Shown: positions 22,485 to 32,414 of the stretch, piece by piece | Layout: each line of letters opens with the position of its first letter | How positions within the stretch are numbered: the first letter of the stretch is position 1 | Assembly: GCA_964607225.1 (NCBI GenBank) | Contig: CAZSIU010000001.1 | Coordinates: forward strand, 18 to 64,017 | Source: an uncultured Methanosarcinales archaeon | Lineage (GTDB): Archaea > Nanobdellota > Nanobdellia > Woesearchaeales > GW2011-AR4 | Length of the DNA: 64,000 bases | Reading direction: 5' to 3' | Notes under the pieces: generated by a model | What the model saw: only the letters and a program-made list of their open reading frames with translations | The model's database searches: none | Told to the model about the DNA's origin: nothing | Program-made: the position numbers and the translations under genes

Positions 22485-23975
22485 ATGACAAACTATACAA
22501 AATATGCAGTCAGAGGTGTTGTAACAGTATTAATTTTGTCTCTCTTAGCAGCGTTTCTAGGTTATCTTGTAAGGCTTGTTTTAGCCAGAAGCCTTACTGT
22601 AGAAGAGTTTGGCCTCTTTAATTCAGTCTTTGCATTTTTAGGAATGTTGGGTATTTTTAAAAGTCTGGGTTTTGATAGGGCACTTATAAAATTTATTCCT
22701 GAATTTGAACATGAAAACAGAAGCGATTTAATTAAAAGCTCTTTAATTTATGTATCAATTATTCAACTTATAACAAATACCATAATTATTTTAGGGGTCT
22801 ATTTATTTGCAAATTATCTAAGTTTAAATTTCTTTCACAGCCTTCAAACTCAGGTTATTCTTAAATTAATGGCGATAGCATTTTTTCTTGATAGTTTTGT
22901 TATGGTATTAAAATTTGCATTTCAGGGATTTAAAAAGATGGCTTATTATTCTGGAATAGACTTGATCAGAATGTTGCTTGTATTAATTATAATTTTAATT
23001 GGGTTCAAATTGAATTATGGATTATTAAGTCCAGTAGCTGCATACATCATTACTCCTTTAACCTTAATATTGATTTTTGGATGGATATTACTCAATAAGG
23101 TTTTTCCAGAATTCATTAAATTGAAATTTATTTTGGATAAAAATTTGCTGAAAAAAATATCAAAATATAGCATATTTATCGTAGAGACAGGTGTAGCTGG
23201 GATGATACTATATTATACGGACATACTAGCTTTGACTTATTTCTCTGGTTTGATAAATGTTGGTTTATATAGTGTAGCTCTTCCAACTGCGAAAGTACTA
23301 ATGTATTTCCCTAGAGCAATTGGTGGTGTGCTATTACCATTGACATCTGAATTATGGGTTAAAGGTAAAGAAAAAATATTAAGGGCCGGTATAGAACTGC
23401 TCTACAAATATTCTTTGATAATTATAGTGCCTTTAGCTTTTATTATGTTTTCTTTTGCAGATTTACTTATAACTGTATTATATGGAGAGAAGTATATTTT
23501 AGCAGCTAACTCTATGAAGATTTTAAGCATAGGTATGATATTCGCAATTTTATATGGGATAAACATTAGTTTTTTTGCAGGCATAGGGAAACCACAAATT
23601 ACTAGCAAGATAGTCTATACCGCTGCTATTTTTAACTTTGTAGCAAACATAACCTTAATCCCTTTTATAGGAATTATAGGTGCTGCCCTGGCAACAACTG
23701 GAAGTTATTTTATAATGATGGTGGTGGGTCTATGGTACATAAAAAAGTTTATTGAAATAAGTTTCCCTGTCAAAATTTGGATAAAAACTTTATTTATTGG
23801 ATTAGTATTTATTTTTGCAATTTGGCTATTTAAAAAAATATTAGTACTTAATGTGTGGCTGGAAACTGCCGTTGTGATTGGAGCAGCTGGAATAATTTAC
23901 ATGGTATTGTTATTTTTGTTGAGAGTAATAGATATTAATGAGCTAAAAGAATTATATAAGAGAGTAATGATTTAA
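22485..23975 (+). CDS. MOP-family flippase (Wzx/AglR-like)
   Basis: Many TM segments, ARSLTVEEFG, D.L.L..F, LIPFIGIIGAALAT. Confidence 0.9.
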   Translation: MTNYTKYAVRGVVTVLILSLLAAFLGYLVRLVLARSLTVEEFGLFNSVFAFLGMLGIFKSLGFDRALIKFIPEFEHENRSDLIKSSLIYVSIIQLITNTIIILGVYLFANYLSLNFFHSLQTQVILKLMAIAFFLDSFVMVLKFAFQGFKKMAYYSGIDLIRMLLVLIIILIGFKLNYGLLSPVAAYIITPLTLILIFGWILLNKVFPEFIKLKFILDKNLLKKISKYSIFIVETGVAGMILYYTDILALTYFSGLINVGLYSVALPTAKVLMYFPRAIGGVLLPLTSELWVKGKEKILRAGIELLYKYSLIIIVPLAFIMFSFADLLITVLYGEKYILAANSMKILSIGMIFAILYGINISFFAGIGKPQITSKIVYTAAIFNFVANITLIPFIGIIGAALATTGSYFIMMVVGLWYIKKFIEISFPVKIWIKTLFIGLVFIFAIWLFKKILVLNVWLETAVVIGAAGIIYMVLLFLLRVIDINELKELYKRVMI

Positions 23976-24081
23976 TCATGCTTTATTCTTAAAGAATTTA
24001 GCTTTTACGCTTAGAATTATAGCTATGAAAAGGTTTATAAATATAATTATTTTAGCGTTAAAAAATGTGAGGGTAATGTGT

Positions 24082-25032
24082 ATGGAAGAAAAAATTAGAC
24101 ATGTGATGGATGAGGAAATAACAAAGCTTTATGATTTTTCTAAATGGATGCCTGAAGGTAGAAAGAAGTCATTTGATATTATTAATCATGTTTTGAGGGT
24201 TTTAACACAGTCTGGTGATATAAATAAATTCAAGCCACAAATCTACAAATTGCTTGAGTACCAACATGAGGATGGCGGCTTTGGCGAATATGCCACAGAT
24301 CAAAAATCAGAGATAAGAGAAACTGCTTTCATTCTAAGGAATTTGATTACAGCCAATAGAAAACTAAAAGACCAAAAAATAGATGCTGCTGTCAGGAAAA
24401 TTGTAAGCTATCTTTTGGCAAGGCAAACTCCTAAAGGGACATGGATTGATACATTATGGGGGGAGTTTGATGCTACAAGCATATCCACAGGCGCTTTGAT
24501 GTTTGCAGTTAAAGAAGACATAATGGTCGATAAAGCACAGCCTGCTGTTGATAAAGCTCTAACGCTTGTCAAAGAAATGAGAGACCCGGATGGCGGCTGG
24601 TATGATCCTTTGTTCAAGCAAGAAGTTAGAAGATCTCCTGTTGCCTGGACAGGACATTTGCTTCCTAAGTTCGTCATGTACTATGGCAATACCCCTGAAT
24701 CAAGACAATCAATAAGACTATTAGCAGATGCGCAGGAAGAAAACGGAAGCTGGGACAATAACGATACAGATCACACATGCGACGCTGTAAGGGCAATTAT
24801 GGTGTGCTGCGAGTTGACTGGCATTCATGATTATGATGACGGCATTGACAAAGCAATTCAATGGATTATTGACGCAAGAAATCCTGATGGTGGTTGGGGA
24901 ACGGAGATTGGAGCGCCAAGCAATATTTTGATGACATGCGATGTCCTAGACAGCTTTGCCAAATACATATTTTATCTGAAGAAAAAGCCAATAACAAAAG
25001 AGCAGTTCTTAACTAAGTACGACGATTTTTAG
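24082..25032 (+). CDS. Prenyltransferase/squalene-oxidase (QW) repeat protein
   Basis: Repeats YQHEDGGFG, RQTPKGTW, RDPDGGW, AQEENGSW, ARNPDGGWG. No DXDD motif. Start uncertain (24076 or 24082). Confidence 0.75.
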   Translation: MEEKIRHVMDEEITKLYDFSKWMPEGRKKSFDIINHVLRVLTQSGDINKFKPQIYKLLEYQHEDGGFGEYATDQKSEIRETAFILRNLITANRKLKDQKIDAAVRKIVSYLLARQTPKGTWIDTLWGEFDATSISTGALMFAVKEDIMVDKAQPAVDKALTLVKEMRDPDGGWYDPLFKQEVRRSPVAWTGHLLPKFVMYYGNTPESRQSIRLLADAQEENGSWDNNDTDHTCDAVRAIMVCCELTGIHDYDDGIDKAIQWIIDARNPDGGWGTEIGAPSNILMTCDVLDSFAKYIFYLKKKPITKEQFLTKYDDF

Positions 25033-26092
25033 ACTTCAAAGCTAGTTGCAAATAATCGAGACTATTGTCGAACTTTGAGAAATTTCTTGTTATTAGTTGG
25101 AAAGCTACCTTTCTTATTCTGCTGATTAGACTTGCGTCACTTCTGTCTATATATGGTGCTGGACTAGAGCCAGCTATTCTGTAGATCATAGTCATTCCCG
25201 CATATTTTACTGCTCTTTTTTCATTATCATTGTCTTTTAAGGCAAGCATCTCTTCATCATAGCCTCTTGTAATTTGTCTTGCAGCATTTATCCCTTCTTG
25301 CAGCCTATCATTTCTAATTACAATCATCAAAAAGTAATGCCCCAACAAAAACCCTAGATCGAATGGTGGGTCCCCTATTCCAGTTGCCATTTCAAAATCC
25401 ACTAACCCTATGCCATTTTTTCTCTCGAATGCATTTTTTGGGCAGCAGTCTGAGTTGGCAAGAACGTTGTATATATGGTGGTTTCTAACGTCTTCATAAA
25501 ATCTTTTTACCTCTCTGTTTACCTCTAGTGGTAATTTGCCATTTTTTAATATTCCAATTGTTCTCATGCGAAGATATAGCTCCCATATATCTATGTCTTC
25601 TTTTTTAGAGCCTCTCACTACTCTTTTTTGCCCAAAAGTTGCTTTATGAGTTATCCCTAGAAATTTTCCAAGATAGTATGCTGTTCCCTCATTAAAGTTC
25701 CCATAAAGCAAAGAGTCTTCCAGCAAAATTCCATCCTTTTTAACATCTGATAGGACAAGTATATTGTTATGCGAATCGTATTCTAAAATCCTGGGAATTT
25801 CAATCTGAGGCGGTACAAGGGGGGCTACTATTTCTATAAATCTTCTTTCATATCTAATCCTTTCTTTAGGTATGCTTACGAAATCCTCTCCAATCTTGTT
25901 TTTGTGTTTAGCTTCATGCAAAGCTTGTTTGAAGTAAATTACACTGCCATTTGATTGTACCCTGTAGACATAATTAAGAGCCCCTACATCAATAAATTCT
26001 ATATTAATTTTACCTGGTTTTTCTCCAAAAAGTTTTGACCACAGTTCTCTTATGTATTGCTCTCTTTGAGCCTTATCCCTTAATTCTATCAT
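25013..26092 (-). CDS. APH/methylthioribose-kinase-like phosphotransferase
   Basis: GALNYVYRV, YFKQAL, NSDCCPKN (Brenner-like), VDFE, GDPPFDLG. Confidence 0.75.
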   Translation of the reverse strand: MIELRDKAQREQYIRELWSKLFGEKPGKINIEFIDVGALNYVYRVQSNGSVIYFKQALHEAKHKNKIGEDFVSIPKERIRYERRFIEIVAPLVPPQIEIPRILEYDSHNNILVLSDVKKDGILLEDSLLYGNFNEGTAYYLGKFLGITHKATFGQKRVVRGSKKEDIDIWELYLRMRTIGILKNGKLPLEVNREVKRFYEDVRNHHIYNVLANSDCCPKNAFERKNGIGLVDFEMATGIGDPPFDLGFLLGHYFLMIVIRNDRLQEGINAARQITRGYDEEMLALKDNDNEKRAVKYAGMTMIYRIAGSSPAPYIDRSDASLISRIRKVAFQLITRNFSKFDNSLDYLQLALKSKNRRT

Positions 26093-26142
26093 ATACCGAA
26101 ATAATAGTAATATATTTAAGTAATTTGCTATTAACGATAATT

Positions 26143-26799
26143 ATGATTAAAGCTGTTATTTTTGATGCTGGCGATGTGGTTTACTACAGGGATGAAGTAA
26201 CCTTAAAGCCTATGCTTGATTTTTTAAGGAAAAATGGCTTCAATATATCTGCAAAAGCATTCTTAAAAGCATATGACGCAAATTCACTGGCACTTTACAA
26301 AGGTAAAGTTTCAAAAGATGATAATCTAAAAAATGTATTAAAGTTTCTGAAAATAAGATTTAATGAGCAGTTTTTTGACAAATTTGCAAAAATTTTTAGA
26401 AAGAGTTTTTCTGATATTAAAATCAAAGAGAATGTCTATGAAATTTTTGAAAGAATTAAATCTAAGGGTATGAAAATAGCTGTTTTGACTGATACTTTTT
26501 CTTCAGAAGAAAAAAAATGGGAATGGTTTAAAAGCATCGATGTTGCGCAATTCATAGACATTATTGTATGTTCAAGTGTAACAGGATTTACAAAAGATAA
26601 AAAAGAAGCATATACAATAACGCTACAAAAATTAAATTTGAAGCCTAAAGAGGCTATTTTTGTTGGGCATAAAAAATATGAAATGACAGGCGCTAAGCTT
26701 GCTAACGTAAAATCTGTTTCATTGGAGAAAGACGCTGGCGCAGATTATTATGTCAGCTATATTTCTAATATTTTAAATTTGATTTATAAGCTTAATTAA
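26143..26799 (+). CDS. HAD-superfamily hydrolase
   Basis: MIKAVIFDAGD motif I, VLTD, GFTK, AIFVG. Start moved to ATG 26143. Confidence 0.8.
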   Translation: MIKAVIFDAGDVVYYRDEVTLKPMLDFLRKNGFNISAKAFLKAYDANSLALYKGKVSKDDNLKNVLKFLKIRFNEQFFDKFAKIFRKSFSDIKIKENVYEIFERIKSKGMKIAVLTDTFSSEEKKWEWFKSIDVAQFIDIIVCSSVTGFTKDKKEAYTITLQKLNLKPKEAIFVGHKKYEMTGAKLANVKSVSLEKDAGADYYVSYISNILNLIYKLN

Positions 26800-27544
26800 A
26801 TTTTTTCTTTGCATTTTCCAGATCTTCCATTGTATCAATTTCAGCATAGTTTTTGCTGCTTGTATAAATTGGATATATTTTAAATCCTTTTTTAATAAAA
26901 TCCATCAATAAATACGAAGGAGAAGGGTATTTTTTGATCTCGCCACTTTTGATTAATTTAAAAATTCTGGCTTTGATTATTTGGATGCCTTTTCTGCTGA
27001 ATCTTGCCACTCCTATGTATTTGCCGCTTGTTTCATCATGCGATAAGCTCTTTGATATTTTTTTAACGAACCCTTTTGATATGTAAACTTTTGTATAGCC
27101 TTTTATTATTTTCATCCCTTTGTATTTTTCTATCAACTGCGGGTTTTCATCAAAATACTTCCCTTTTTCAATAGCAAGGCAAAAATCTTTTTTGCATCTT
27201 AATAGGCTCTTAACTATATCCGGCTTGAAAATTATGTCGCCATAGACTAAAATTGTTTCATCATTCAATTCATTTTTAGCTTTAAAAAGGCTTTCTAGCA
27301 GTCCTGTTGTCTCGTAATCTTTGTTTAGATAAAACTTGACATTTTTATTTCGTAATTTTTTCTTTACCCTATCAGCCTGATACCCTACCACGACACTTAT
27401 GTCATCAATTCTGTTCAACTTCAACGCATTGATTTGATGTTCTATTATGGGTTTGTTTTGAAGTTTTATCATGCATTTTGGCGTTCTCTGCCCTAGCCTT
27501 CCAAGCCTTTTCCCAGCTCCTGCTGCAAGTATTATTGCTTTCAT
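26792..27544 (-). CDS. LicC/PntC-like (phosphocholine/phosphonate) cytidylyltransferase
   Basis: ILAAGAGKRL, PKCM, VGYQ, YGD, EIDTMEDL. Confidence 0.85.
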   Translation of the reverse strand: MKAIILAAGAGKRLGRLGQRTPKCMIKLQNKPIIEHQINALKLNRIDDISVVVGYQADRVKKKLRNKNVKFYLNKDYETTGLLESLFKAKNELNDETILVYGDIIFKPDIVKSLLRCKKDFCLAIEKGKYFDENPQLIEKYKGMKIIKGYTKVYISKGFVKKISKSLSHDETSGKYIGVARFSRKGIQIIKARIFKLIKSGEIKKYPSPSYLLMDFIKKGFKIYPIYTSSKNYAEIDTMEDLENAKKKFN

Positions 27545-28149
27545 TTTATTTTATTTAGTATATCTTTCAATGCTTCTTCTGTTAGTTTTCTCGGGTTATT
27601 TTTTACTCTGTCTGGGTTAAACCCGTTTTTTATGATTATATTTATATCATTATCTGTTTTTATCCCTAAATCACTTAATTTTGTACTTAATCCTATATTT
27701 TCATTAAGGCTGTAATTCTTTTACTTGCATCTTCAATATTTTTTGCGTCGATAAAGCTAACAATTTCGTTTATATTTTTTAACATAATCAACACCTCTTT
27801 TGTCTAATAAATCTTGTTTTGTAACTTGTGAATTGTAAACAATCATAGGAGCAATTGTCAATGCAACTGCATGGCCATGAGGAACATTGAAATAGGATGT
27901 TATTGGATAAGAAATTGCATGACAAGCAGTTGTTTTTGTAATATTAATTGCATTTCCCAGTCCTGCATTTTGCATATAAACTAATCCAATTTTTCCAGTA
28001 GCAAGAGCAATTGCATTGCCTTCATTTGCAGCAATAATATGTTTTCGTCTTTTTGCATTATCCATTATATATGCGTTAAAGTCTTTAAGCAAAGAGTCAG
28101 GGACGCCAGTAAAAAAATCAATGCCATTTTTTACCAGATAATCGTAGAT
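27541..28149 (-). pseudogene. Chimeric relic of a second ppd-phosphonoacetaldehyde reductase pair
   Basis: YDYLVKNGIDFFTGVPDSLLKDF...ANEGNA...MQNAGLGNA is joined to AINITKTTACH...GFNPDRVKNNPR. No start codon; frameshifts in the 3' part. Confidence 0.9.
27776..27957. repeat. 182-bp exact direct repeat, copy 1 (copy 2 at 30363-30544)
   Basis: Base-by-base comparison from TTTTTAACATAATC to TTGCATTTCC. Confidence 0.9.
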
Positions 28150-28179
28150 AGAACGTTGGCTATAAAGTGGATGGTGATT

Positions 28180-28932
28180 TTATTCTCCGCCAGTAACATC
28201 AAGAATTGTGTTGGTAATAAACGTACTTCTTGGACCCGCAAGAAATAACACGGCATTTGATATTTCAAAAGGCTCGGCAAGTCTTTTTAACGGTATATAA
28301 TTAATACGAGCTGAAAGATCATTTCTACCTATCTTCTTATGAAAGGGAGTTTTTGTAGCACCTGGCCTAACAGCATTAACTAATACATTAAATGGAGCTC
28401 CTATCTTAGCAAAAGCTTTTGTTAAAGCTTCAAGAGCTGCCTTTGATGCACTATAATGCATAGTAGCTTCACCACCTCCATGTTGCCAGCCGCCGCTACT
28501 AATGTTTATGATCCGTCCATTACGCTTCTTAGACATAATAGAAAAAGCAGCACGGCTTAATAAAAATGGAGCTTTAAGATTCACTTGAAAGGTTCTATAC
28601 CATGCTTCTTCCGATAGGTTTTCAAAAGAAGTGGGCTTATAAACAAATCCGGCATTGTTGACTAATACATCGATACGCCCTTTACTCCACAATACAAATT
28701 TCTTCCACAGGGCATTAACTTCCTGAGAATTAACAAAATCTGACTTAAAAATTTTACATTGGTTATTCTTAGCGTATTTTAACAGCTTTCTTGCACCTTC
28801 CCTATTATCGCAATAATGAGCTCCTACAAAAGCTCCTTCTAAAAGAAAATCTTTGGCTATCTGAAATCCTATGCCACTACTTGAACCAGTAACAAGAATA
28901 TATTTATTTTCGAATTGCTTCTTGTCTTTCAT
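28180..28932 (-). CDS. Short-chain dehydrogenase/reductase (FabG-like)
   Basis: TGSSSGIG, NNAG, NISS, YSASK, VNAVRPG. Confidence 0.92.
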   Translation of the reverse strand: MKDKKQFENKYILVTGSSSGIGFQIAKDFLLEGAFVGAHYCDNREGARKLLKYAKNNQCKIFKSDFVNSQEVNALWKKFVLWSKGRIDVLVNNAGFVYKPTSFENLSEEAWYRTFQVNLKAPFLLSRAAFSIMSKKRNGRIINISSGGWQHGGGEATMHYSASKAALEALTKAFAKIGAPFNVLVNAVRPGATKTPFHKKIGRNDLSARINYIPLKRLAEPFEISNAVLFLAGPRSTFITNTILDVTGGE

Positions 28933-29821
28933 AATAATCTTCCCATTTGCCTACAAATTCCCCACCCATCAACATTCCATTTGCATCGCAACTATTGCAT
29001 GGAATCTGATCTCGATCAGCCTTAGCTAATTTTACTCTAACCCGTTTCAATGTTTCACTATTCCAAATCTCTAAAATAGATTTTTCCTTAACATTGCCTA
29101 AAATCAATCTTTTATCCCAATCATGGGAGCATAGGACTACAGCACCGTCATAATCAATTAAAGTCTGATAAAATGGATAAAAACACTTCCTTTTAAGAGG
29201 GCTTTTTAGTTTTACTAAGCCAATATCTGGCATTATTTTTGCTCCTGCCCGATTAGAAAGTGTAATGCCAAAATGTTTCTCTGGTGTAAACCAACGTTGT
29301 CTTATACTGAACTGTTCATTACTTAAACCCGTTGCATCTCTCATCTCTTCAAAACGCTTTACTTTGTCTGGACCATCATAAACGCTAACGCCAATCTGAG
29401 TGAGACCCGCTGCAAAAAACTTATTAAGCTTCTCAACAGTTAGAAAATCACCATTAGTCACCATTTCAATCCGTACTTCTGGACAATATTGTTTGGATAA
29501 TCTTATTACTTCTTCTAAATGCCTATAAAGCAAAGGTTCGGAAAATGCAGAATAGAGTATATTTCCCTTGAATCCTACTTTGCTGAGGTCGGACATAACC
29601 TTTTCATACACTTCAATCTGAAGATGTTTATTGGTATTAGGCCAATTCGGATTACTGCGTGGGCAGAAACTACAAGTTCTATTGCATAAATCGCTAAGGT
29701 TGAATTCAATCCAAGAAAAAAGAGGGGGGTCATTTTTATTTACACGCTCTGGATCTTGGCCCTCCATGAATTTACTTTTGCGTGTTATATTTGGATCAAT
29801 AAAAATATATTTTCTTTCCAT
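28904..29821 (-). CDS. Radical SAM protein with SPASM/twitch domain
   Basis: CNRTCSFC, TNG, SNRAG, CFYPF...LCSHD...GN...IW...CNSC. Confidence 0.9.
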   Translation of the reverse strand: MERKYIFIDPNITRKSKFMEGQDPERVNKNDPPLFSWIEFNLSDLCNRTCSFCPRSNPNWPNTNKHLQIEVYEKVMSDLSKVGFKGNILYSAFSEPLLYRHLEEVIRLSKQYCPEVRIEMVTNGDFLTVEKLNKFFAAGLTQIGVSVYDGPDKVKRFEEMRDATGLSNEQFSIRQRWFTPEKHFGITLSNRAGAKIMPDIGLVKLKSPLKRKCFYPFYQTLIDYDGAVVLCSHDWDKRLILGNVKEKSILEIWNSETLKRVRVKLAKADRDQIPCNSCDANGMLMGGEFVGKWEDYYERQEAIRK

Positions 29822-30124
29822 TTTCCTTTTTTACGAAATAGTACCATTACTATTTAATTCTTTCTATGATCAATTATTTCTCTGTTATCCTGAAACTGGT
29901 TCCAGTCACGAAACTATAGCAAATCACACTAATATTCGTATCTTTTCATTGTGATTTGCTTATTAGGAAATAATAAATGTATACGAAAATTAAAGTTATT
30001 TCCTATAATTCCGTTTTGTAAGCTCTTATTTCTTCAAACTTAAATCTTACATTTTTAGAGCAGTTCATAAAAGCTTCTTTATATTACAATAAAGTTATGG
30101 TTGTTCTATATAGAATAAACACTT

Positions 30125-31276
30125 TCATCTTATTTCATACAAAATCCCTCTCAAAGTTTCTTCCGTCAATTTTCTCGGATTATTGTTAACCCTATCTGGA
30201 TTAAAACCATTCCTTATAATTATTTCTATATCTTCATCAGTTTCAATTCCCAATTCAGACAGCTTGGTACTTAAACCAATTTCTTTCATTAGGTTAGTTA
30301 TTTTTTCTGATGCTTCTTCAGCATTACTTGCACCAATTAATTCGACAATTTCTTTAATTGTGTTTTTAACATAATCAACACCTCTTTTGTCTAATAAATC
30401 TTGTTTTGTAACTTGTGAATTGTAAACAATCATAGGAGCAATTGTCAATGCAACTGCATGGCCATGAGGAACATTGAAATAGGATGTTATTGGATAAGAA
30501 ATTGCATGACAAGCAGTTGTTTTTGTAATATTAATTGCATTTCCAGCTAAATGAGCTGCTTTTGTCATTGTTCCTCTTGATATTTCTGAAGAATTATTCA
30601 CTGCTAATGGAATATTTTTAATAATAAGTTTGATTGCCTCTCTTGAATATTTTTTTGATTCGTCAGTTGAATTGATAGACCAGTATGATTCTATAGCTTG
30701 TGATAAAGCATCCATGCCGGTAAAAGCTGTTATATGTGCTGGCAGATTCATCGTAAATTGCGGGTCAACAATCGCATATTCAGGAATAATAAAATTATGG
30801 GTTAAAGTATATTTTACTTTGTCTTTGTATAAAACTGCATATCTTGTTGCTTCGCTGCCTGAACCAGAAGTTGTAGGTATAGCAACTGTAACTTTTCCTT
30901 TATTTTTTATTTTTGTTGGGTTGTTAATATATTCTATGAAAGACTTTTCTTCATTGCTAGCGAATAAATTAACAGCTTTTGCAATATCTAATGTAGTTCC
31001 ACCACCTACAGCTATAACAAAATCACAGTTATTCTTTTTAAATAATTCAAGCCCTTTCTTAATATCATCAAACTTTGGATTTACTTCAAATTCAGTAAAA
31101 TCGACAACATTGTAATTTCTTAGAATTTTGTTGAGTATCTTCTTTGCCCCACATTTTTCATAAGAATTCTTTCCAGTAACCAAAAAAATATTTTTAGGTT
31201 TATGTTTTAGTAATATGTTCCTCAAATTGTTTATAGAATTAAAACCAAAATATTCTTGCTGTCTCATTTTTATCAT
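30125..31276 (-). CDS. Phosphonoacetaldehyde reductase (iron-containing alcohol dehydrogenase, PhpC/FomC-like)
   Basis: GGGTTLDIAK, IPTTSGSGSEAT, DALSQAIES, TTACHA...PHGHA. Directly downstream of ppd. Confidence 0.9.
   Translation of the reverse strand: MIKMRQQEYFGFNSINNLRNILLKHKPKNIFLVTGKNSYEKCGAKKILNKILRNYNVVDFTEFEVNPKFDDIKKGLELFKKNNCDFVIAVGGGTTLDIAKAVNLFASNEEKSFIEYINNPTKIKNKGKVTVAIPTTSGSGSEATRYAVLYKDKVKYTLTHNFIIPEYAIVDPQFTMNLPAHITAFTGMDALSQAIESYWSINSTDESKKYSREAIKLIIKNIPLAVNNSSEISRGTMTKAAHLAGNAINITKTTACHAISYPITSYFNVPHGHAVALTIAPMIVYNSQVTKQDLLDKRGVDYVKNTIKEIVELIGASNAEEASEKITNLMKEIGLSTKLSELGIETDEDIEIIIRNGFNPDRVNNNPRKLTEETLRGILYEIR
30363..30544. repeat. 182-bp exact direct repeat, copy 2
   Basis: Identical to 27776-27957. 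Confidence 0.9.
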
Positions 31277-32388
31277 TGAAGAAATTTCATAAAATCTTCC
31301 TTATTCTCTATCGGCGTCTTAGTAGGCCTCCCCAAGTTTTTCCTAGCACCTTTATTTATTATTACTTCTAATAAAATAGGTCCTTCCATTTTACTCATTT
31401 TTCCTACTTTATCAATTATTTCTTCTTTTGTCTCTGCTGAAAAAGCATCTTTATAGCCACAAGCTTTTGCAATCTTAGGAATATTAATATTAAATGCGGC
31501 AGTTGGCTGCCCCCCAACAGAATCGTGAGCATAATTATTAAATACAATATGTTTGAAATTTTTTGGTTTAAGTTGTCCAATTATTGCTAACGCCCCCATA
31601 TGCATAATTAAGGCTCCATCTCCATCAAAACAATAAACGTCTCTATCAGATTTTTTAAGTGCGATTCCCAAGGCAATAGAGGAAGAATGTCCCATACTTC
31701 CCACTGTGAGAAAATCTTTTTCGTGCCCTTGCTTAGTTGCTTCTCTTAGCTCAAAAAGCTCTCTTGACGTTTTTCCTGTAGTTGAAACTACAATATCATC
31801 ATCATGTAGCAGTGGGGCGATGATTTTTATAGCCTCTTCCCTGTTTAATTCATAATTTGTTTTTATTTTATTTTTTAGTTTATATTCCTGGAAAGTTCCT
31901 TTACTGACAACTATTGCATATGGTGATTTTTTATTTTTCATATAATTAATCGCTTCCTTTATTGTATCTTCATAACTATCTTCTAATATTTTATAAGGTA
32001 TTTCCAATGTATCTAATAATTTTAGTGTAATCTTGCCCATCTTAACATGTTGAGGTTCATCTTTTTTTCCTGGCTCGCTTCTCCAACCTATAATAAGTAA
32101 CATGGGTATTGAATAAACATCTGGATCAGCAAGCGACGTAAGAGGATTTACAGCATTTCCTTCTCCGGAATTCTGCATATAAACCAATCCAAACCTCCTA
32201 GTAGCTAGATGATATCCTGCTGCAAGTGCAACTGCATTACCTTCATTAGCTGCAATAATATTTCTTTCATCTGGTGTATTATCAGCAACATAAGCACAAA
32301 AATCTTTAAGTAGAGAATCTGGGACTCCAGTAAAAAAATCAATTTTATTTTCTATTAGTTTATCATAAAAATTTTTACAAGATATCAT
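31273..32388 (-). CDS. ppd: Phosphonopyruvate decarboxylase
   Basis: FTGVPDSLLK, ANEGNA, MQNSG, DEPQH, STTGKTSRELF, VGSMGH, TPP motif DGDG...NN. Confidence 0.96.
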   Translation of the reverse strand: MISCKNFYDKLIENKIDFFTGVPDSLLKDFCAYVADNTPDERNIIAANEGNAVALAAGYHLATRRFGLVYMQNSGEGNAVNPLTSLADPDVYSIPMLLIIGWRSEPGKKDEPQHVKMGKITLKLLDTLEIPYKILEDSYEDTIKEAINYMKNKKSPYAIVVSKGTFQEYKLKNKIKTNYELNREEAIKIIAPLLHDDDIVVSTTGKTSRELFELREATKQGHEKDFLTVGSMGHSSSIALGIALKKSDRDVYCFDGDGALIMHMGALAIIGQLKPKNFKHIVFNNYAHDSVGGQPTAAFNINIPKIAKACGYKDAFSAETKEEIIDKVGKMSKMEGPILLEVIINKGARKNLGRPTKTPIENKEDFMKFLQ

Positions 32389-32414
32389 TTTAAGCTCAAA
32401 AATTTATTATAGCC

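Noticed and set aside
24082..25032. Squalene-hopene cyclase
   Set aside because: About half the expected length and no DXDD motif in the expected context.
27757..28092. Functional 111-aa Ppd-ADH fusion protein
   Set aside because: Lacks the catalytic cores of both parents, has no proper start and is frameshifted downstream.
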